Shown in pieces: positions 26,510-35,483 of a stretch of DNA of 64,000 bases. Every line of letters begins with the position of its first letter. Positions within the stretch are counted from its first letter, which is position 1. The position numbers and the translations under genes are program-made. The notes beneath the pieces are model-generated. The model had not been told where the DNA came from, ran no database searches, and saw only the letters and a list, made by a program, of their open reading frames with translations. Source of the DNA: Candidatus Nomurabacteria bacterium (GTDB taxonomy: Bacteria; Patescibacteriota; Saccharimonadia; JAGOAT01); NCBI GenBank assembly GCA_020639315.1, contig JACKGM010000002.1:158321-222320 (forward strand). Direction: 5' to 3'.

Positions 26510-26776
26510 TCATTCTGATATCTTCATAAACCTGGGGGTCACTTGACTATCTATCACGACCTCCTCTAGCCAATCATCCAAATCTCTAGCAAACTTTAAT
26601 CTTCGTCCGTACTCTGCTTGATAAACTACCAATAATGTCTGGCTGGATTCAGATATTACAATATCTAGGACTCTATAAATATTACCCTTGTAATGCAAAT
26701 ATCTCCCTCCGATTTCTACCTTACCAGCAGCCTCGGCTATCATATTATCCAATCTACCTTGTTCTAGTTTCTTCAT
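26510..26776 (-). CDS. DUF1653-like small protein
   Basis: GRYLHYKGNIYRVLDIV...LVVYQAEYG resembles the DUF1653 pattern. Confidence 0.6.
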   Translation of the reverse strand: MKKLEQGRLDNMIAEAAGKVEIGGRYLHYKGNIYRVLDIVISESSQTLLVVYQAEYGRRLKFARDLDDWLEEVVIDSQVTPRFMKISE

Positions 26777-26781
26777 ACTGC

Positions 26782-27834
26782 TTAGCTAAACACTATGTCG
26801 GCTACTGCCCGTCTAAGCTCATTCACGGAGCCTCGATCTGGATGACGCTTGGGATATTGAGCATTGGTCAGCAATACCATAGCGGTTTGCCTGGCTCTGT
26901 CAATCATAACTACACACCCCGTAAAGCCAGTTTTACCAAACATTGCAGGATTAGCGTTTTTGCCCATAAAATTAGGTTGATTAAGTTCCCATCCCAGCGA
27001 GGCACTCTCGTTGATTGAGGCAATGTAGTTTGTTTCAAAAGATTTAAGTGTCTTGCTTGTAAAGATTTGCTTTCCATCCATAGTCTTACCGTCATTAAGG
27101 AGCATAGAGCAGTAGTTGAGTAAGTCGCCAGCAGTTGTAAATAAGCCCGCATTTCCTGAGACTATGTTTTGCTCCCTTAGTGCTCGTGCTGTTTCGTCAT
27201 GGACTATCTTATGAACATCTCCATTTTCGCTGATTTCGGTAGGTGTAACTGTTTCATCAGCGTATGGAGTGGCATCAAAGGTTGTATACTTCATCGACAA
27301 CGGTGTAAATAGCTTTTCTTGAGCGACAATGTCTAGTGGTTTGTTATAAATATTCTCAATCATCATGCTTAATACAACAGCAGGCGTATTGGTGTAGTAA
27401 TACTTTTTGCCGGGCTTAGCTACAAGAGAAAGCTCAGTGACTGCCTGCTGGACTGCCTTGGCTCCTTGTGCGGCGTAAGCTGAAAGTCCATTGGGAATAT
27501 CCCAAATCGCTGTATAAGTGAGTAGGTGATTAATGGCTATAAGTTGGTGATATTTTCCTTTTAATTCAGGCACTAATTCCTGGGCTTTGGTATCAAGCTG
27601 GAGCCTACCTTCTTGTATCGCAATATGAACAAGGCTCGATAAAGGAATAGACTTTGTAATAGATGCAACGTCGTACAACGTATCTTGTCCTACGCGAGGG
27701 GAGTTGACAGCATATGTAAGATTGCCAGAAGCTACTATATTTCTCACACCGTCCTTTGTGTAGCCAACAACTGCACCTGGTGTCGTACGTAGGTCGTGAG
27801 CTTTTTGTAGGGTTTCAGAGATTTGTTCGTTCAT
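26782..27834 (-). CDS. serine hydrolase, beta-lactamase/class C-like family
   Basis: SxxK (ASITK), YxN (YTN) and KTG (GKTGFTG) motifs. Confidence 0.8.
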   Translation of the reverse strand: MNEQISETLQKAHDLRTTPGAVVGYTKDGVRNIVASGNLTYAVNSPRVGQDTLYDVASITKSIPLSSLVHIAIQEGRLQLDTKAQELVPELKGKYHQLIAINHLLTYTAIWDIPNGLSAYAAQGAKAVQQAVTELSLVAKPGKKYYYTNTPAVVLSMMIENIYNKPLDIVAQEKLFTPLSMKYTTFDATPYADETVTPTEISENGDVHKIVHDETARALREQNIVSGNAGLFTTAGDLLNYCSMLLNDGKTMDGKQIFTSKTLKSFETNYIASINESASLGWELNQPNFMGKNANPAMFGKTGFTGCVVMIDRARQTAMVLLTNAQYPKRHPDRGSVNELRRAVADIVFS

Positions 27835-27927
27835 AAAATGATTATAACAAAAAACTACAGTCTCTGGGAATTTTCCGAAACCAGCTCAAATGAGTAGAGC
27901 AGGAGAGCATAATACAAACCCATATCA

Positions 27928-27949
27928 TATAGCAAGCTTAAAACAAAAC
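27928..27949 (+). mobile_element. solo MITE-A terminus
   Basis: TATAGCAAGCTTAAAACAAAAC with no matching partner nearby. Confidence 0.5.
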
Positions 27950-27996
27950 GCACACTACCGACTTTGGACGGAGACTCAAGAATAACCTGCTTAAGC

Positions 27997-28551
27997 TCAG
28001 GCATCCAATAGATCTCTTATTTTTGAAAACTCTCTATAAGGCTGATTGTAGGTAGTAGAACCCATATGACCTTGCCCTTCTGCAAATACAAACTTGGCGC
28101 CCAATTTTTCTACAGCTAGTCGAGCTTGCCTGTCGTCACAGCCCCAAGGATCATTATCTGAGTTGATAATGATTATTTCATCAGCATTATTCTTAATAGC
28201 CTCCCAGTCAAAAATTTCAGGCAACATATTACTCGATTCATCTGATATTGTTTGATAATAACCAGACACAAGAATAACTTGCTTAACTTTTACTTTGAAG
28301 CTCTCCAACATATGCAAAATAAGTGGGCAGGCTGATGAATGACCGACGATAATAGTGTTCTCGTCAATCATCGGCATATTGTCCTCAATGAAGTCTCTTG
28401 TTTCATCAAGGTTTGGTTTATCGGTGTTTGGAAGCAACGGCCACCACACTTCATAACCTTTAGACTCTAAGTATTTCTTACTATCTCCAAACCAAAAATA
28501 ATCCTTGTCACTCCCACCAGTTCCGTGTAGTAACCAAGCTGTTTTTGCCAT
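27997..28551 (-). CDS. alpha/beta serine hydrolase (YdeN/RBBP9-like)
   Basis: LHGTGGS..., nucleophile elbow VGHSSA, C-terminal DNDP...GHMG. Confidence 0.6.
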   Translation of the reverse strand: MAKTAWLLHGTGGSDKDYFWFGDSKKYLESKGYEVWWPLLPNTDKPNLDETRDFIEDNMPMIDENTIIVGHSSACPLILHMLESFKVKVKQVILVSGYYQTISDESSNMLPEIFDWEAIKNNADEIIIINSDNDPWGCDDRQARLAVEKLGAKFVFAEGQGHMGSTTYNQPYREFSKIRDLLDA

Positions 28552-28578
28552 TAGTTATATTTTCTCCAATCACCTTCG

Positions 28579-28746
28579 CTAATATCCCCAGTCTTCGCCC
28601 TTGTCATTTTTATTGACAGGTATCTTTGCCACTATTTCTTCTGGCGTTAGATTTTTTCCGAAAAACGATAAGAGTATCGCCATCGCTGATTGGCTACAAG
28701 AATGGTTTGTCGGTTGATAGTAGTGACTAATCTCGTGCTTTATCAT
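28579..28746 (-). pseudogene. 55-codon ORF resembling the N-terminus of a C39-like papain-fold peptidase (probable fragment)
   Basis: MIKHEISHYYQPTNHSCSQSAMAILLSFFG... carries the Q..N.C..A....L...G catalytic-Cys context and then stops. The ATG overlaps the HD-gene stop (ATGA). Not in the ORF track because it is under 60 aa. Confidence 0.3.
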
Positions 28747-29345
28747 CTTGAAAATAACTCCTTAATCATGTTGTAGTCGGGCATTACTTCTTCACGGACA
28801 TCCTCGAATAAGATTTTATTATTCAGATCACGGTCAATCTTCTTGAGCACCCAATCTTTAGTCTCTTCAAGTGTTCTGTCATAACCAAAAGCCCAAGTAG
28901 CATAAATATAAAAATCAGTTTTAAGATGTGCAAGCGAATCAGCAGTAGCTAAAATTTTGCCCTCAGTTGAAGCAGGTCGTTCGTCGCCGTGACAGCTATG
29001 GTAACGGATGGCATCGTCAACTACGAGCTTTACATCATCTTCGCTATACCCAGCCTCCTGCATAAGTTCACGAGCCATACGCAGACTTTCTTCTTCGTGA
29101 GTTGGGTTGTCACGCTTCATCTTAACATCGGCAATATCGTGAAGTAGAGCAGCCACACGTGCTAATTCTTCGTTAGCCCCATATTTTTTCGCTAGTTCAG
29201 TAGCATAATCAGCCACAACAAATACGTGGTTATCAGCCAGCCAACTCGCCCATTCTTCACGATTAGGATTGCCTTCTTGATAAAGCTCTTTTACTAGTTT
29301 TTCAAGATTCTCTAACTTTTCCATTGTTTTTTCTAATAACCCCAT
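28743..29345 (-). CDS. HD-domain phosphohydrolase
   Basis: ...H..(x)n..ALLHDIADV... HD motif; 200 aa. Confidence 0.7.
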   Translation of the reverse strand: MGLLEKTMEKLENLEKLVKELYQEGNPNREEWASWLADNHVFVVADYATELAKKYGANEELARVAALLHDIADVKMKRDNPTHEEESLRMARELMQEAGYSEDDVKLVVDDAIRYHSCHGDERPASTEGKILATADSLAHLKTDFYIYATWAFGYDRTLEETKDWVLKKIDRDLNNKILFEDVREEVMPDYNMIKELFSR

Positions 29346-29424
29346 TACGTATTGACGGCGATATCAACTATCACATCATACCACATACGAACTATGCTTG
29401 ATGGCAATTCAACAAATTCTATGA

Positions 29425-29501
29425 TGGTGCGGGTACCGGGACTCTAACCCGGGGCCTCATCCTTGGCAAGGATGCGCTCTAAACAACTGAGCTACACCCG
29501 C
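29425..29501 (-). tRNA. tRNA-Gly (GCC) with an atypical D-loop/T-loop
   Basis: The reverse complement folds as GCGGGTG TA GCTC AGTTGTTTA GAGC G CATCC TTGCCAA GGATG AGGCC CCGGG TTAGAGT CCCGG TACCCGC A CCA. Confidence 0.85.
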
Positions 29502-29574
29502 ATAGACCTCATTATACCAAAATTCCCAAAAAGCACCACACTCACCACTATCCCCCCAAAAACCCTCTCCCCAA

Positions 29575-29641
29575 TTTCAAGGGGTGCCCTTGAAATCACC
29601 CATTCCAACAGATCAAAATTAGCAAGGGGTGCCCTTGAAAA
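29575..29641 (+). repeat. palindromic doublet (REP type 2) upstream of the RAYT gene
   Basis: TTTCAAGGGgtgCCCTTGAAA - 26 nt - GCAAGGGgtgCCCTTGAAAA. Confidence 0.85.
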
Positions 29642-29746
29642 GGACAAAAAACAAACTGGTTCTGCTTGTCAAAATGTACTTAATTAAGCTACAATACTAC
29701 CAACAGATATTTTTAACTATCCTTAATTAACTACTACTATAAAATT

Positions 29747-30400
29747 ATGCCGAGCCCCAATACGGTTAGAATCTTTTGCTCAGACTCCAGTTTTCATATA
29801 TATTGCCGAGGGAATAGAAAACTACCTATATTTTTCAGCGCACAAGAATATGAAAAATTTATGTCTATTTTACTTTTTCTATTAACCCCAAAAGCAAAAG
29901 TAGCAGATAATCTTAAGATATTTTCCAAACCTAGACTAGCTAGTCAAGATTTTAGCCAAGCTATCCATTTAGTTGCATTTACCTTAATGCCTAATCATTA
30001 CCATCTCGTTATTCATGCTAAAGAATCTTCTTTGGTACCAGGGTTTATGCAAAGACTAAATCAAAAATTTACACATTTAATCAATACCAATCATAACTTT
30101 GTAGGACATCTATTCCAAAGTCAGTACAAATCAAGATTGATAAACTCCGAGCTAGATTTGGTCAATACAACTGCCTATGTCCATCTCAACTCAAATGAAC
30201 TAATGCGAACCAACACTGAATATTATAAAGAATACCCCTATAACAGTTTAGCAACTACTCACCCAGTGTCAGCCGTGGTTGACCAGAGTTTGCTTTTCAC
30301 TAAATCTGGCTTTAGTAGGGAAGACTATAATAAATATTTAGATATAAAATCAAAGAATTTTCTAGAGATGCAATTTATGAAAAAATTAATGTCTAGTTGA
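29747..30400 (+). CDS. IS200-like Y1 (HUH) transposase, REP-associated tyrosine transposase (RAYT)-like
   Basis: HUH motif MPNHYHLVI, GHLFQSQYKSRLI and TTAYVHLN are typical of the Y1_Tnp/RAYT family. Flanked by matching palindromic doublets. Confidence 0.8.
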   Translation: MPSPNTVRIFCSDSSFHIYCRGNRKLPIFFSAQEYEKFMSILLFLLTPKAKVADNLKIFSKPRLASQDFSQAIHLVAFTLMPNHYHLVIHAKESSLVPGFMQRLNQKFTHLINTNHNFVGHLFQSQYKSRLINSELDLVNTTAYVHLNSNELMRTNTEYYKEYPYNSLATTHPVSAVVDQSLLFTKSGFSREDYNKYLDIKSKNFLEMQFMKKLMSS

Positions 30401-30430
30401 CACTCAAGAGGTCTTTTGTGTTTCATCCTT

Positions 30431-30496
30431 TTTCAAGGGGTGCCCTTGAAATTACTCATCCCAACAGATCAAAATTAGCAAGGGGTGCCCTTGAAA
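30431..30496 (+). repeat. palindromic doublet (REP type 2) downstream of the RAYT gene
   Basis: Same architecture and orientation as 29575-29641. Confidence 0.85.
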
Positions 30497-30523
30497 TCAT
30501 CAATCTTACTGTTGGACTGAAGT

Positions 30524-30687
30524 TATAGCAAGTTAAAAACAAAACCAGACTTTTGACCCAACTCTAGAGTCTATCAAGCTAGTTTTCTTACTCACCATAT
30601 CTATGGATATGGCTCTTAAGAAGAACTACCTTTATAGTTCTCTATAATACAGCTCAAATTGTCTGGTTTTGTTTTGAGCTTGCTATA
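30524..30687 (+). mobile_element. MITE-A copy (164 bp)
   Basis: Full-length copy with both TIRs. Confidence 0.8.
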
Positions 30688-30706
30688 AGTGTGTTAAATT
30701 ACTAAT

Positions 30707-31039
30707 ATGGAAAATCCATTATCGATAATCAATTTTGCGGAGCCGTGGCAGAAAGAACTAGCTAAGCAAGTAGTAGAGCTGTCAATTCGGATTATCCCGG
30801 AAGGGAAGTGGGAAAAGAAATGGGGCATGCCATATCTAGTAGTTAATGGTAAAAATCTCCTGGGAATCTGGTCAGCTCGCAACTGGACTACAGTATTTAT
30901 CATGGGTGGAGCCAGCTTCGAGTCAAAGATCTTTGAGCCAGGAGATAGGAAGAAAGATGCTACGATCCATCTCAAAGAGGGTTTTCAGGACTGGGACGAG
31001 CTAAAACGCGTTATCAAGCTGACTTTGTCAAATGACTAA
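30707..31039 (+). CDS. DUF1801 (YdhG-like) family protein
   Basis: ...KKWGMPYLVVNGKNLLGIW...TTVFIMGG... fits the DUF1801 pattern. The antisense ORF 30694-30975 was discarded. Confidence 0.45.
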   Translation: MENPLSIINFAEPWQKELAKQVVELSIRIIPEGKWEKKWGMPYLVVNGKNLLGIWSARNWTTVFIMGGASFESKIFEPGDRKKDATIHLKEGFQDWDELKRVIKLTLSND

Positions 31040-31419
31040 TAATAAAAACTTTGAGCCAGACACTGTACTTCCGGTCAATCAAGAAAGTTTAATCCCCGAA
31101 GTAGCTTCACTAGGTAATATTGAATATTGCAAACGAAATATTACAGCCAATACTCCTATATCATATACTTCAAACAACCGTAGCCAACCCAGAATACCAA
31201 GAATTTATCAATAATCAAATCTTACCCCTGGGATGGAGAATCATTTTGGCAAACAAATTTTACCCCTGAACTAGATGACCTACTTAACCAAAAGCCAGAC
31301 AAAGACAGATCAGAGCTAGTAGCTTATTTGGTGGTAAACACAATAATGACGCATCAATATCCCAGGTTTTCCTACCTTTGCTGGGAAGAGCCATTTAACT
31401 AATTACCCCATTTAACCCT

Positions 31420-32637
31420 CTACTCAATTCCCTCTGGCAAAAACCCATCTGGGTGTTTGAAATCTGCCTCCCACTGATAGCCTTTGCCATAATCCAAGTC
31501 TTTCATTAGGCTAGTTACTGGATTACGCAAGTGCTTGGGCACGTTTGCGTTGGGATATTTACTGACCAAAGCTTTGGCTTCTACCATTTGCTCCGCTACC
31601 AGCCTAGATTTTTTCGCTTGACACATTGCAATCGTTGCCTGAGACAAAGCATACTCTGCCTCGGGTAAACCTACCCGCTCTACAGCCTGGAAAGTTGAAG
31701 TAGCCAAGGTAAGTGCATGAGGGCTAGCCATACCAATATCTTCACTAGCGAAGATGATAATTCTTCTGGCGACAAACTTTGGATCCTCACCAGCATTAAG
31801 CATCCGATAAAGGTAGTACATAGCAGCCCGGCTATCACTACCACGCATTGACTTGATGTAAGCTGAAATCAAATCATAGTGCTGATCACCATTTTTATCG
31901 TATTTAGCTACTACCTGTTGCATTGCTTGCTCTATCTGTTTTTTGCCTATAACCCTGGTAGACAATGAAGCCGCTATCTCTAGCCCTCCGAGTAGAACCC
32001 TAGCATCTCCAAGCGACATTTTGACTAGCAAAGAAGCAGCTTGAGGCGTAATCGTCTTAGGCCTTACGAAGATCTTTGCTCGGTTGATGATGCCGAGTAA
32101 ATCGACTTCCGTAAGCGCCTCAAACACCAGCACACGACTCCTGCTGAGCAGAGGTGCAATCACTTCAAATGAGGGATTCTCAGTAGTTGCCCCTATCAAG
32201 TGAACAGTCCCATTTTCGACATAAGGAAGAAACATATCCTGCTGAGCTTTATTGAAACGGTGAATCTCGTCTACAAAAAGGATGGTTTGCCTGCCTAGGT
32301 TTTTTGATTGCAAAGCCTGATCAATCGCCTGCCGAACTTCAGCCTTGCCCATACTGACAGCCGAAACTTCGATAAATTCAGCCCGGTAAGTATCTGCAAT
32401 CACTCTAGCCAAGGTTGTCTTACCTGAGCCAGGGGGACCCCAAAAAATCATCGAAGTCAGCTTGTCAGCCCTGATTAGCCCACGAATCAGACCTTGCTCT
32501 CCGACCAAGTGACCTTGTCCGACAATCTCATCTATACTCTTAGGTCTCAGCTTTTCAGCTAAAGGAATTGCTTGATTGTTCTCAAACAGACTTTTTACTT
32601 CTACCGACTTCACTCTTACTTGATACCTATCAACCAT
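31420..32637 (-). CDS. rarA: replication-associated recombination protein A (AAA+ ATPase)
   Basis: Walker A GPPGSGKTT, Walker B LFVDEIHRFNK, and a C-terminal MgsA domain (YDLISAYIKSMRGSD). Confidence 0.9.
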   Translation of the reverse strand: MVDRYQVRVKSVEVKSLFENNQAIPLAEKLRPKSIDEIVGQGHLVGEQGLIRGLIRADKLTSMIFWGPPGSGKTTLARVIADTYRAEFIEVSAVSMGKAEVRQAIDQALQSKNLGRQTILFVDEIHRFNKAQQDMFLPYVENGTVHLIGATTENPSFEVIAPLLSRSRVLVFEALTEVDLLGIINRAKIFVRPKTITPQAASLLVKMSLGDARVLLGGLEIAASLSTRVIGKKQIEQAMQQVVAKYDKNGDQHYDLISAYIKSMRGSDSRAAMYYLYRMLNAGEDPKFVARRIIIFASEDIGMASPHALTLATSTFQAVERVGLPEAEYALSQATIAMCQAKKSRLVAEQMVEAKALVSKYPNANVPKHLRNPVTSLMKDLDYGKGYQWEADFKHPDGFLPEGIE

Positions 32638-33529
32638 TCAAGATTGTGTACAATAAAGCTTGACGAACATAGAGTCCATTACGGACCTGCTCAAAGTAGT
32701 AAGCCGCAGGATGCTTGTCTACTGCCAAGTCAATTTCATCAACCCGAGGCAATGGATGAAGTACTCTAAATGTTTCCTTGGTGTCCACTAGATCTTCCAG
32801 ACTCAACTTCAATCTACCAGCCACTTCAAAGTATTTAGCTGGATCATCAAATCTCTCCTTTTGTACCCTAGTCATATATAAGATATCTTGCTTATCCAGC
32901 TGGCCAATACTTGATCTAAATTGAACCTGACAACCTGAATCCTGAGCCAATTTAACTAAATCTTGGGGTAGCTGCAAATAATCATCAGCTATCAATGTAA
33001 AATTGATCCGATATCGAGTCAAGGCCTTTACTAGAGAGTGAACTGTCCTACCATACTTAAGATCGCCAGCCAAAGCAATATTTAACCCCTCCAGACCACC
33101 TTGTGTAGACTGAATAGAGTAAAGGTCTAGCAGGGTCTGAGTAGGATGCTCATTGCTACCGTCTCCGGCATTGACTATTGGCACACCACTGACAGCTTGA
33201 GCCCGGCTAGCAGAGCCAGCTTCACCATGTCGGATCACTATCGCATCAGCATATTGGCTAATAGCCCTAATTGTATCTTCGAGGCTTTCCCCTTTACTCT
33301 GACTACTTGTATCGGCGCTTGCAAAGCCAATCACCGAGCCACCTAGATAGCTAATCGCACTCTCAAAACTCAGCCTAGTTCTAGTACTAGGTTCAAAGAA
33401 AAGGCTAGCCACAACTTTACCCTTTAATTGATCACTGTGATGATTGAGCTCAAACTGCTGAGCTTTTTTAAGCAATTGATTGATTTGCGCTTCTGATAAA
33501 TCATCAATTGATATTAGACTTTTTAGCAT
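32630..33529 (-). CDS. pyrB: aspartate carbamoyltransferase catalytic subunit
   Basis: FFEPSTRTRLSFE, HPTQ and HPLPR motifs. Its 3' end overlaps the rarA start by 8 nt. Confidence 0.93.
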   Translation of the reverse strand: MLKSLISIDDLSEAQINQLLKKAQQFELNHHSDQLKGKVVASLFFEPSTRTRLSFESAISYLGGSVIGFASADTSSQSKGESLEDTIRAISQYADAIVIRHGEAGSASRAQAVSGVPIVNAGDGSNEHPTQTLLDLYSIQSTQGGLEGLNIALAGDLKYGRTVHSLVKALTRYRINFTLIADDYLQLPQDLVKLAQDSGCQVQFRSSIGQLDKQDILYMTRVQKERFDDPAKYFEVAGRLKLSLEDLVDTKETFRVLHPLPRVDEIDLAVDKHPAAYYFEQVRNGLYVRQALLYTILNG

Positions 33530-33583
33530 TATCTATAATCCTATAGTTAATCTCTGATTTTTGCAATCCAAACCGCCACTTGA

Positions 33584-33650
33584 TTTCAAGGGGTGCCCTT
33601 GAAATCACCTACCCCAACAGATCAAAACTAGCAAGGGGTGCCCTTGAAAA
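33584..33650 (+). repeat. palindromic doublet (REP type 2), third copy
   Basis: TTTCAAGGGgtgCCCTTGAAA ... GCAAGGGgtgCCCTTGAAAA, in the divergent pyrB/receiver intergenic region. Confidence 0.85.
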
Positions 33651-33722
33651 TGCTTTTTTTTGATTCGGGGTTAGAATAATGCAGCTTGACAGGTTGGCCT
33701 TATCAAGCTTACACTTAGATTA

Positions 33723-34100
33723 ATGACTAAAGTCAAAACAATCCTGCTTGCTGAAGATAACGAATTTATCCGTAAGATGTATGAGCTCAAGTTTGGCAAG
33801 GCCAAGCTCGATGTGATCTCAGTGACCAATGGGGCAGAAGCGATTGAGCAATTTGACAAGCATGACTTTGGACTAATCTTATTAGATCTAATGATGCCAG
33901 AGATCAACGGTGAAGAAGCCCTAGAATATTTACGGACTAAAGCTAAGAAAAACCGCAAAGTACCAGTCCTAATTTTGACCAATGTCAATGATCCCACTAC
34001 GATTGAAAAGATTCGAACCCTCGGTATCGACGATTATATCATCAAGTCAGAGCTAACTCCTTCTCAAGTCCTTAATAAAGTCAACCAATACATTACCTAA
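33723..34100 (+). CDS. response regulator, receiver domain only
   Basis: ILLAEDN...LILLDLMMPEINGEE...LTN...IKS. Confidence 0.85.
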   Translation: MTKVKTILLAEDNEFIRKMYELKFGKAKLDVISVTNGAEAIEQFDKHDFGLILLDLMMPEINGEEALEYLRTKAKKNRKVPVLILTNVNDPTTIEKIRTLGIDDYIIKSELTPSQVLNKVNQYIT

Positions 34101-34141
34101 ATTGAAAGCTTCTGAAAAATTTCTTTTATTTAGGCTTGTTA

Positions 34142-34170
34142 TTGACAAAAGCATTTAGTTAGCTTAAAAT
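34142..34170 (+). promoter_or_regulatory. sigma70-like promoter candidate for rpsA
   Basis: TTGACA - 17 nt - TAAAAT, about 165 nt upstream of the rpsA ATG. Confidence 0.4.
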
Positions 34171-34334
34171 TAGTATTAATTGGTTAGGTCAAAAGGGTAG
34201 ATATTAACCTGTAGTAGGTGTTTTGTACTAATGGTTGATCTGCAACTTGGCGGATATATCTTGTGCTGCCTTGACCTCAACTGATAACAATATCATTAAT
34301 ATAATCTGCAAGATAAAGAAAGAGAAGGGATCAG

Positions 34335-35429
34335 ATGACTACAGAAACTAAGTCTAAGACTGAAACAACTACTAATACAAAAGCTACCAGTATGGATGAT
34401 TTGCTAAGTGCAACTCCTCTAACTATTCTTCAAGAAGGAGATTTGATTCAAGGCGAAGTAATAAAATCATTGAAACATCAGATCTGGCTTGACTTAGGTG
34501 TCCACGGCACTGGTGTCATTACTAGTAATGAACTCGAGTATACTACGGTACGTCCAGAAATTGGTGAAGTAATTTCTGCTTCAGTAATCGAGCCAGAAAC
34601 CAAATACGGCTATGCTGTTCTTAGTCTGAAAAAAGTAGCTAAGGAGAAAGGCTGGGACAGACTAACTGAGAAGTTTGAAAACAAAGAAGTATTTGGGGTT
34701 ACCCCAATCGATGCCAACAAGGGTGGACTAATTGTCGAGATGGAGGGGGTCAAAGGATTTCTTCCTGTTTCTCAATTGTCAGCAGAAAATTACCCTCGAG
34801 TCAGTGGAGCAGACAAAGACGAAATCTTATCAAGGCTCAACAAGCTAATTGGCAGGGTCTTAATGGTTAGAATCATTGACCTAGACAGAAAAAATAACAA
34901 GCTAATTATTTCCGAAAAAGAAGCTCAGAAGGAGCTGACTCAATCCAAGCTTTCCAAGCTAAAAGTCGGAGAAGTGATTCGGGGAATAGTGACCGGGATT
35001 GTTGACTTCGGGATTTTTGTTAATGTTGATGGAATAGAAGGCTTGGTACACATATCTGAAATCTCCTGGAAGCGAATCGATAGCCCAAATGAGCATGTCA
35101 GAATCGGTGAAGAAGTAGATGTCAAAATTATCTCAATTGATCAAGATAAGCTGTCCTTGTCGATCAAACAACTGACTCCAGACCCTTGGGTAGAAGAGGC
35201 ATCCAAGCTCAAAGTCGGAGAAAAGGTAGATGGCAAGATTGTACGGATTACTCCTTTTGGGGCTTTTGTCCAAATCAGTGAGATTATTGAAGCCCTAGTC
35301 CATGTATCCGAGCTTTCTGAAGAACCAATCAAAGACCCCCGTAAGATTCTTAAGCTCAATGAAATCAAGCAGTTCAAAATCCTATCGATTGACCCCGAGC
35401 AACACAAACTTTCCCTTAGTCTAAAATAG
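34335..35429 (+). CDS. rpsA: 30S ribosomal protein S1 (four S1 domains)
   Basis: Repeated S1/OB modules (G.V..v...G..V.l..g..G.l..se). Confidence 0.85.
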   Translation: MTTETKSKTETTTNTKATSMDDLLSATPLTILQEGDLIQGEVIKSLKHQIWLDLGVHGTGVITSNELEYTTVRPEIGEVISASVIEPETKYGYAVLSLKKVAKEKGWDRLTEKFENKEVFGVTPIDANKGGLIVEMEGVKGFLPVSQLSAENYPRVSGADKDEILSRLNKLIGRVLMVRIIDLDRKNNKLIISEKEAQKELTQSKLSKLKVGEVIRGIVTGIVDFGIFVNVDGIEGLVHISEISWKRIDSPNEHVRIGEEVDVKIISIDQDKLSLSIKQLTPDPWVEEASKLKVGEKVDGKIVRITPFGAFVQISEIIEALVHVSELSEEPIKDPRKILKLNEIKQFKILSIDPEQHKLSLSLK

Positions 35430-35483
35430 ATATCTATTCTAGGACTATCGTCATCAGGGCTTTATTGTGCTACAATTAGTCAG

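Noticed and set aside
24684-27927. A composite transposon bounded by the two truncated MITE-A ends at 24683 and 27928.
   Set aside because: The orientation is wrong. The left boundary is a right-type end and the right boundary is a left-type end, so the 3.2-kb segment lies outside both fragments rather than between inward-facing termini.
31032-31405. A possible frameshifted pseudogene: the 60-aa ORF at 31032-31214 followed by a start-less open frame (YPWDGESFWQTNF...CWEEPFN) up to 31405.
   Set aside because: Neither part has a recognisable domain and there is no evidence that the two frames belong together. It cannot be supported.
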